Positions 57,624-64,000 of a DNA stretch of 64,000 nucleotides are shown here, one piece after another; position 1 is the stretch's first letter; each line of letters opens with the position of its first letter. Both the position numbers and the translations under genes were made by a program. The stretch is taken from the NCBI GenBank assembly GCA_949297125.1, contig CASFRS010000024.1:18596-82595 (forward strand), in the 5' to 3' direction. This stretch comes from an uncultured Bacteroidales bacterium. Its GTDB lineage: Bacteria; Bacteroidota; Bacteroidia; Bacteroidales; G3-4614. The notes below the pieces were generated by a model that was not told where the DNA came from, made no database searches, and saw only the letters and a list, made by a program, of their open reading frames with translations.

Positions 57624-60600
57624 ATGGAGATAAAATTAAAAAAAGTATTGTTGTTAGGCTCGGGCGCCTTGAAGATAGGAGAAGCCGGCGAATTCGACTA
57701 TTCAGGTTCGCAGGCGCTTAAGGCGCTCAGGCAAGAAGGGTTGGAAACCATACTTATAAATCCCAATATCGCAACGGTACAGACGTCCGAAGGTGTGGCC
57801 GACAAGGTCTACTTCCTGCCGGTAACCCCGTTCTTCGTAGAAAAAGTGATAAAAAAGGAGCGTCCTGACGGAATCTTGCTGTCGTTCGGAGGACAGACGG
57901 CATTGAATTGCGGGGTGGCCCTTTACAAATCGGGAATCCTTGAGAAATACGGCGTACAGGTGCTCGGAACACCCGTACAGGCCATAATGGATACCGAAGA
58001 CCGCGAACTCTTCGTAAAGAAACTGGACGAAATAAACGTAAAGACCATACAGAGCGAGGCAGTCGAAACAATAGAAGACGCACGCCGTGCGGCAAAAGAA
58101 CTGGGTTATCCCGTAATTATCCGTTCGGCATATGCGCTGGGCGGCCTGGGCAGCGGTTTCTGCGACAATGAAGAGGAACTCAACCGCCTGGCTGAAAAAG
58201 CCTTCTCGTTCTCACCGCAGATACTTGTGGAGAAATCGCTCAAAGGGTGGAAGGAGATAGAGTACGAAGTGGTGCGAGACAGGTATGACAACTGTATAAC
58301 CGTCTGCAACATGGAGAACTTCGACCCGCTGGGCATACACACCGGCGAGAGCATAGTGATAGCCCCCTCGCAGACGCTGAACAACAGCGAGTGGCAGAAG
58401 TTGAGGGCGTTGTCGTTGAAAATAATACGCCACATAGGAATAGTGGGCGAATGCAACGTGCAGTATGCTCTCGACCCCATGTCGGAAGACTACAGGGTTA
58501 TAGAGGTAAACGCCCGTTTGAGCCGTTCCTCCGCACTGGCCTCCAAGGCAACAGGGTATCCCCTGGCTTTCGTAGCCGCAAAATTGGGGCTTGGGTACGG
58601 GCTTTTTGAGCTGAAAAACTCCGTTACGCAAACCACTCCGGCATTTTTCGAGCCTGCCATAGACTACGTAGTCTGCAAAATCCCGCGCTGGGACCTCGGC
58701 AAGTTCCACGGGGTGGACCGCGAGATAGGCAGCAGCATGAAGTCCGTTGGCGAGGTGATGGCAATAGGCCGTACCTTTGAAGAGTCAATACAGAAAGGCC
58801 TCCGAATGATAGGGCAAGGCATGCACGGCTTTGTGGAGAACAAGGAGATGAGCGTGGCCGACATAGACAAGGCCTTGAAGGAACCTACCGACAAGCGTAT
58901 ATTCGTTATAAGCCAGGCATTGCGCAAAGGGTATACTATCGACCAGATATACCAGCTTACTAAAATAGACAAGTGGTTCCTCGACAAACTTCAGAATATA
59001 ATAAATACGGCCAAAGAGCTTGAAAAATACAATTCGCTCGAAGAACTTCCGGTTGACCTGCTGCGCCTTGCCAAACGCCGTGGGTTCTCCGATTTCCAGG
59101 TGTGCCGTGCCGTACTGAAAGGCGTAGATCCCGATGAAGGAGTACTTATGGTGCGCGAACACCGCAAGTCGCTCGGCATAGTTCCGGTAGTCAAGCAGAT
59201 AGATACGCTGGCTGCCGAGTATCCGGCACAGACCAACTATCTGTATCTTACGTACAGCGGCATGGAAAACGATGTCAACTACCTCGGCGACCACCGCTCG
59301 ATAGTTGTTCTCGGTTCGGGAGCCTACCGTATAGGTAGCTCGGTAGAGTTCGACTGGTGCGGAGTAAACGCGCTTCAGACAATCCGCAAGGAAGGGTGGC
59401 GAAGCGTAATGATAAATTACAACCCCGAAACCGTGTCGACCGACTACGATATGTGCGACCGTCTTTATTTCGACGAGCTCACGTTCGAGCGTGTAATGGA
59501 TATACTTGAACTTGAACAGCCGCACGGGGTGATAGTTTCGACCGGAGGGCAGATACCCAATAACCTTGCCCTCAAACTGGACGCACAGGGGGTAAAGCTG
59601 TTGGGAACATCGGCACAGAGCATAGACAATGCCGAAGACCGCAACAAGTTCTCGGCAATGTGCGACCGTTTGGGCATAGACCAGCCGCGTTGGCGCGAAC
59701 TTACATCGCTCGAAGATATAAACAAGTTCATCGACGAGGTAGGGTTCCCCGTACTCGTCCGTCCGTCGTACGTACTTTCGGGGGCGGCAATGAACGTATG
59801 CTCCAACAAGAACGAACTGGAACGCTTCCTGCAGCTCGCTGCAGAAGTTTCAAAGAAGCACCCCGTTGTTGTCAGCCAGTTCATAGAAGAGGCCAAAGAG
59901 GTTGAAATGGACGCCGTTGCCGACAAGGGCGAGATAATAGCTTATGCCATAAGCGAGCACATAGAGTTTGCCGGAGTACATTCGGGCGATGCCACCATAC
60001 AGTTCCCGCCTCAAAAACTCTACGTCGAGACCCTGAGACAGGTAAAACGCATATCCCGCCTTATAGCCAAGGAGTTGCAGATATCTGGCCCGTTCAACAT
60101 ACAGTTCCTTGCAAAAGGGAACGCAATAAAGGTTATAGAGTGCAACCTCCGTGCCTCCCGCAGTTTCCCGTTCATATGCAAGGTGTTGAAGATAAACTTC
60201 ATAGAACTGGCTACGAAGATAATGATGGGGCTTCCCGTGGAGAAACCGCACAAGAACTTGTTCGATATAGATTATGTCGGGATAAAGGCTTCGCAGTTCT
60301 CCTTCTCCCGTCTGCAGAAGGCCGACCCCGTACTTGGCGTGGATATGGTAAGTACCGGCGAGGTAGGGTGTTTGGGTAACGATACAGATGATGCAATACT
60401 GAAATCCATGCTTTCCGTAGGGTATAAGATTCCCGCAAAGAGCATCCTTCTCTCTACAGGCTCCGCACGTCAGAAAGTGGATATGCTCGATGCCGCGAAG
60501 ATGTTGCAGAAAAAAGGGTACAAGCTCTATGCAACAGGCGGTACGCATATTATGCTGAAAGAGAACGGCGTTGAGTCCGAGCGCGTTGCCTGGCCCGATG

Positions 60601-60839
60601 AAACCGGTTTCCCGAGCGCATTGGAAATGCTTCACAACAAGGAGATTGATATGGTTGTGAACATCCCCAAGAACCTTACGGCCGGAGAGTTGGACAACGG
60701 GTATAAGATACGGCGTGCGGCAATAGACCTCAACGTCCCGTTGCTCACCAATTCCCGTCTGGCATCGGCCTTTATAACGGCATTCTGCCGCAAAGGCATA
60801 GACGACCTCGAAATAGAGTCGTGGGACGAATATAAGTAG
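57624..60839 (+). CDS. carB: carbamoyl-phosphate synthase large subunit
   Basis: 1071 aa. Duplicated ATP-grasp halves (GSGALKIGEAGEFDYSGSQA / GSGAYRIGSSVEFDWCG) and a C-terminal MGS-like domain. Confidence 0.97.
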   Translation: MEIKLKKVLLLGSGALKIGEAGEFDYSGSQALKALRQEGLETILINPNIATVQTSEGVADKVYFLPVTPFFVEKVIKKERPDGILLSFGGQTALNCGVALYKSGILEKYGVQVLGTPVQAIMDTEDRELFVKKLDEINVKTIQSEAVETIEDARRAAKELGYPVIIRSAYALGGLGSGFCDNEEELNRLAEKAFSFSPQILVEKSLKGWKEIEYEVVRDRYDNCITVCNMENFDPLGIHTGESIVIAPSQTLNNSEWQKLRALSLKIIRHIGIVGECNVQYALDPMSEDYRVIEVNARLSRSSALASKATGYPLAFVAAKLGLGYGLFELKNSVTQTTPAFFEPAIDYVVCKIPRWDLGKFHGVDREIGSSMKSVGEVMAIGRTFEESIQKGLRMIGQGMHGFVENKEMSVADIDKALKEPTDKRIFVISQALRKGYTIDQIYQLTKIDKWFLDKLQNIINTAKELEKYNSLEELPVDLLRLAKRRGFSDFQVCRAVLKGVDPDEGVLMVREHRKSLGIVPVVKQIDTLAAEYPAQTNYLYLTYSGMENDVNYLGDHRSIVVLGSGAYRIGSSVEFDWCGVNALQTIRKEGWRSVMINYNPETVSTDYDMCDRLYFDELTFERVMDILELEQPHGVIVSTGGQIPNNLALKLDAQGVKLLGTSAQSIDNAEDRNKFSAMCDRLGIDQPRWRELTSLEDINKFIDEVGFPVLVRPSYVLSGAAMNVCSNKNELERFLQLAAEVSKKHPVVVSQFIEEAKEVEMDAVADKGEIIAYAISEHIEFAGVHSGDATIQFPPQKLYVETLRQVKRISRLIAKELQISGPFNIQFLAKGNAIKVIECNLRASRSFPFICKVLKINFIELATKIMMGLPVEKPHKNLFDIDYVGIKASQFSFSRLQKADPVLGVDMVSTGEVGCLGNDTDDAILKSMLSVGYKIPAKSILLSTGSARQKVDMLDAAKMLQKKGYKLYATGGTHIMLKENGVESERVAWPDETGFPSALEMLHNKEIDMVVNIPKNLTAGELDNGYKIRRAAIDLNVPLLTNSRLASAFITAFCRKGIDDLEIESWDEYK

Positions 60840-60867
60840 TAGACAGCCTCCGGCGCATTGCCGCAGG

Positions 60868-60931
60868 AAACATAAACCGGAACAACCCGGCGGATAACCG
60901 AGAAAAAGGTGTCCGCCGGGTTTTATGTTTC
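60868..60931 (+). terminator. carB terminator
   Basis: CCCGGCGGA / TCCGCCGGG stem followed by TTTTATGTTT. An outer GAAACATAAA / TTTATGTTTC pairing is also possible. Confidence 0.7.
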
Positions 60932-61149
60932 AGGCGATAACGAGGGGAATTCTTCGCTGCTATTCCGCCATGCGGCAGGAAACGGCCGGGCAGCGTAACG
61001 GAGTATCGGCCGGTTTGCGGCGTGCCGGAGTTTCCGGGCGGGGTATATAGGGGGGCCGGCTTTCAAATGCCTTGTCGGGAGAAGGCAATACCCCATTCCC
61101 GTACGGCAGAGACATGATAGCTTGGGCAACAGAACAGGCAACGGTATGG

Positions 61150-61198
61150 AAAAAGCGAAGTGCGTTCCTTTGGAAACAGGGAACGCACTTCGCTTCTT
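61150..61198 (-). terminator. terminator of the YidE/YbjL-type transporter gene
   Basis: AGCGAAGTGCGTTCC / GGAACGCACTTCGCT: 15-bp perfect stem. An A-run on the plus strand gives a T-run on the minus strand. Confidence 0.8.
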
Positions 61199-61223
61199 GT
61201 GTGGAGTGCAGATGCCGGTTGCG

Positions 61224-62885
61224 TCAGACGAAAATCAGAATCAGCAACTGGGCGGTCAGGACGCGCATGAACATCGTGAGCGGGTAAACCGTCGAGTATG
61301 CAACCGACGGGGCATCGTTATTGGCGGTTTTGTTCGCATAGGCCAGGGCAGGGGGATCGGTAGTGCTGCCGGCAATCAGTCCTATAAGCGAGCAGTAGTT
61401 GATTTTGTAGTAACCGCGGGCAAAGATGCCTGTAATTATGAGCGGGATAATTGTTATCAGGAATCCCCAGAATACCCACCAAAGACCGTCTCCTCTTACT
61501 ATCGTATCCACGAAGTTCTCTCCGGCCGAGATACCCACGCTTGCAAGGAACAGGCAGATGCCTATTTCCCTCAGCATAAGGCTTGCCCCGGTAGAGGTGT
61601 ATGTAATCAGCTTGAATTTGTATCCGAAACGCCCTATCAATATGGCTACGATAAGCGGGCCGCCCGCCAGGCCGAGTTTCATGGCCGAACTCATTCCCGG
61701 GAAACTGAACGGTATGCTTCCGAATATTATACCGAGCAATATCCCCACAAACAGGGTTATCATGTTCGGTTCGTTCAATCGTTTCATCGAGTTACCCATT
61801 TTGTCCGCCAGGCGGTTTATGTCCTCCAGTTTTCCTACAACAGTGATGCGGTCTCCTATCTGCAGGCTGAGGTTGGGAGCTGCAACCAGGTCCACGCCGG
61901 CGCGGTTTACGCGGGTTGCGTTAAGGTCGTATCCGAGGTGAAGCCTCAACGACCCGATAGTCCTTCCGTTGTATTCCGGTTTGGTAATAAGGATTCTGCG
62001 GGAAACCACGGGGGTGTTTATCGCTTCAAGGTCCATGTCCACCTTGCTCCCTATTATCGTTTCAAGGGCCTCTTCGTCCTGTTGCGACAGGACTACGAGC
62101 AGATAATCGCCCTCCTCTATTACGGTAGTGGAGTGGGGGATTATTATCTCGTCCTTCTTTTTCATCCTCGATATGACAAAGTTCCTTCCGAGGAAATCCA
62201 ACAGTTGCTTTATGGTTTTCCCGTATATCATTTTGTTCTCCGCATGGAAAGTAACCACGAGAGTTTTCGGGATGCTCGCTTCGGTCTCCTTTTCAATATC
62301 CTTGCTCTCCTTGTCGGTATTTATCTTGAATACAGCTTTTATGACATACATGGAGAGTATTATGCCGATAACGCCAAGCGGGTATGCAGCGGCATAACCC
62401 GACGCAATATCGGAAACCTCCTTTTCCATGCCGAGCTGTTCCAGGGCCTGCTGGGCCGCACCGAGCCCCGGCGTATTGGTAACTGCACCCGAAAGTACGC
62501 CCACAAGATCGGACATGCTGGCATCGGTGGTGTAATATATAACCAGCAGGACGCCGATATTCAGTGCTATAACCATCATGGCCAGCATATTGAGCGTCAT
62601 TCCTCCCTTCTTGAACGATGAGAAGAAACCCGGGCCAACCTGCAAACCTATCGAGTACACGAACAGGATCAACCCGAATTCCCTTGCGAATTGCAGTATA
62701 TCCTGATTTACCGAAAATCCCAGATGCCCGACCAGAAGCCCCACGAACAGAACAAACGTAACTCCGAGAGAGACTCCGAATATGTTTCTTTTCCCTAACC
62801 ATACCCCGGCAGCGATAATGAAGGAGTACAGCAAAACGGTGTTGGCTATACCGGGGTTGGTAATCAAATCTTGTAACCAGTTCAT
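61224..62885 (-). CDS. YidE/YbjL (AspT-type) family transporter with two internal TrkA-C/RCK_C domains
   Basis: 553 aa. Duplicated 5-6 TM halves flank two soluble repeats (ISRMKKKDEIIIPHSTTVIEEGDYLLV / ATRVNRAGVDLVAAPNLSLQIGDRITVVG). Confidence 0.85.
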   Translation of the reverse strand: MNWLQDLITNPGIANTVLLYSFIIAAGVWLGKRNIFGVSLGVTFVLFVGLLVGHLGFSVNQDILQFAREFGLILFVYSIGLQVGPGFFSSFKKGGMTLNMLAMMVIALNIGVLLVIYYTTDASMSDLVGVLSGAVTNTPGLGAAQQALEQLGMEKEVSDIASGYAAAYPLGVIGIILSMYVIKAVFKINTDKESKDIEKETEASIPKTLVVTFHAENKMIYGKTIKQLLDFLGRNFVISRMKKKDEIIIPHSTTVIEEGDYLLVVLSQQDEEALETIIGSKVDMDLEAINTPVVSRRILITKPEYNGRTIGSLRLHLGYDLNATRVNRAGVDLVAAPNLSLQIGDRITVVGKLEDINRLADKMGNSMKRLNEPNMITLFVGILLGIIFGSIPFSFPGMSSAMKLGLAGGPLIVAILIGRFGYKFKLITYTSTGASLMLREIGICLFLASVGISAGENFVDTIVRGDGLWWVFWGFLITIIPLIITGIFARGYYKINYCSLIGLIAGSTTDPPALAYANKTANNDAPSVAYSTVYPLTMFMRVLTAQLLILIFV

Positions 62886-62997
62886 ATAATTTCAGATGTT
62901 AATTCTATTCCGGGCGTTGCTGTTTCTACGCCAAAGCAATGCAAACGGAGGCATGGAAAAACAGGAAAAGGTTCGGTTATGCCGAGTGCATCTTGTT

Positions 62998-63016
62998 TTT
63001 GCCGTTCTGCGGCAAA
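62998..63016. promoter_or_regulatory. palindrome TTTGCCG-N5-CGGCAAA overlapping the transporter -7 box
   Basis: Perfect 7-bp arms with a 5-bp spacer. A near-identical copy lies at 54809-54827. Confidence 0.45.
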
Positions 63017-63020
63017 GATA
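63013..63020 (-). promoter_or_regulatory. candidate -7 box TATCTTTG (YidE/YbjL-type transporter)
   Basis: Exact consensus on the minus strand. Its TTTG is the outer part of the palindrome at 62998-63016. Confidence 0.5.
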
Positions 63021-63199
63021 AGAATAATTTCATAATCCGTTGAACCGGCAATATGAAAAATAATCCCTGTCCTACACCTGCGTGCCCTCCTGTTCCGTAA
63101 ATGCGGTTTTGTCGGGAAGCATGTCGTGTACGGTTGCGGAAAAACTCGCTTTTCGTTTCAAAAATAAATTTCTGTTATATGCCTGTGAATAAAATTTTC

Positions 63200-63207
63200 T
63201 ATCTTTG
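63200..63207 (+). promoter_or_regulatory. candidate -7 box TATCTTTG (metallophosphoesterase)
   Basis: Exact consensus, ~159 nt upstream of the ATG at 63366. Confidence 0.4.
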
Positions 63208-63365
63208 GTTTTTATCTAAGACAGGATTCGGCCCGGCATAGTGAGCTGAAAACAGCCGCTTTCGGTTATTTCGGTTTTTCTTCTGCCCGGAGGGCGGGTT
63301 GTCGGGAAGGTGAAACGGAGTAGAGGATCAGGCGGGGTTAGAATAATAGTTTACAGGAATAGCGT

Positions 63366-64000
63366 ATGCGGGTATCATTGGTGGCAGTGTTTGTTTTGTT
63401 GCTGCTGAACGTGGCGGCCGACATTTATATAGTAAGGCGGTTGCCCGACAGGTTTCGCCAGGGTTGGCGGCGGGCGCTTATATGGACAATCAATACGGCG
63501 GTATATATACTCTTTACCGTATTGATGCTTTTCGTCTACAACAAGAAGTTCGATCTGTTGATGTATTATCTGGAAATGATAATACTGGCTTTTTTCATGT
63601 TGTCGGTCCCGAAAATCATTTTTCTGGCAATTTCCCCGTTGGATTATCTGCCGAAACTCTTCAAAGCGCGCCCTCTCAAGGTGTTCACCCCCGTCTCTGC
63701 AGTGGCTGCATGCATATTGCCGTTTATGTTGCTGTACAGTACGCTGTTCGTGAGAAAGCATTTCCGTGTAGCGGAGGTTGAAATAGTTTCCCCTAAAATA
63801 CCGTCGGCATTCGACGGGTATAAGATAGTCCAGATATCCGATTTGCATTTGAAGACGCTGTACGGCGATACGGCCTTCATCAACCGGATGGTGGATACGG
63901 TAAATTCGTACAAGCCCGATATTGTCTGTTTTACCGGCGATCTGGTTTCCATACGCGCCGATGAAATGACGCCGTACATGAAAAACCTGTCGCGTTTCAG
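63366..64000 (+). CDS. membrane-anchored metallophosphoesterase (5' part, open at window end)
   Basis: Not in the track because no stop lies within the window. ATG at 63366, then MRVSLVAVFVLLLLNVAADIYIV... (3-4 TM segments), then the calcineurin-like motifs 'KIVQISDLHL' and 'DIVCFTGDLV'. Confidence 0.8.
   Translation, partial: MRVSLVAVFVLLLLNVAADIYIVRRLPDRFRQGWRRALIWTINTAVYILFTVLMLFVYNKKFDLLMYYLEMIILAFFMLSVPKIIFLAISPLDYLPKLFKARPLKVFTPVSAVAACILPFMLLYSTLFVRKHFRVAEVEIVSPKIPSAFDGYKIVQISDLHLKTLYGDTAFINRMVDTVNSYKPDIVCFTGDLVSIRADEMTPYMKNLSRF

Noticed and set aside
61122-62621. 499-aa plus-strand ORF opposite the YidE/YbjL-type transporter
   Set aside because: It is codon-aligned with the transporter gene and starts inside that gene's terminator hairpin. 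The translation is not protein-like.

Overview
This window reads as a core-chromosome segment of a Bacteroidota (Bacteroidales-like) genome. The evidence is TAnnTTTG(C) -7 boxes in front of most transcription units, a T9SS C-terminal sorting domain, a GDE/GT4/GH57 glycogen cluster, pyrG-yidC adjacency and LptD/DUF3078-type outer-membrane proteins. All calls come from reading the translations and the DNA by eye; no database search was run.

I call 50 protein genes. One is a 54-aa rubredoxin missing from the ORF track, and one is cut by the window end. I also call one tRNA-Arg(ACG), 20 candidate -7 promoter boxes, 13 hairpin terminators and 3 operator-like palindromes.

Content is overwhelmingly housekeeping: nuoMN, clpB, tgt, serB, ribE, purM-like, purC, pyrG, yidC, galE, L25-pth, ilvE, lptD, rpsA, carAB, ubiE and phoH. 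I see no transposase, integrase, phage, CRISPR, restriction or other recognisable defence genes, so I cannot point to a clear-cut novel system.

The best candidates for something undescribed are:
1. A tightly coupled three-gene operon at 45.8-51.1 kb. It encodes a receiver-gated PEP/pyruvate-binding ATP-grasp protein that appears to lack the swivel His, a 582-aa acidic coiled-coil protein, and a flavin reductase.
2. A 25-nt promoter/palindrome module that is 23/25 identical and shared by two unlinked promoters (phoH-purC and a YidE/YbjL-type transporter).
3. A ~240-nt structured-looking leader in front of carAB.
4. An ~800-bp AT-rich non-coding region between a divergent Crp/Fnr regulator and the glycogen cluster.
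5. A divergent small-ORF/XRE regulator pair with a perfect operator-like inverted repeat.

The many very long antisense ORFs in the track (up to 966 aa) are codon-aligned shadows caused by depletion of TTA/CTA/TCA codons. They are rejected as genes.
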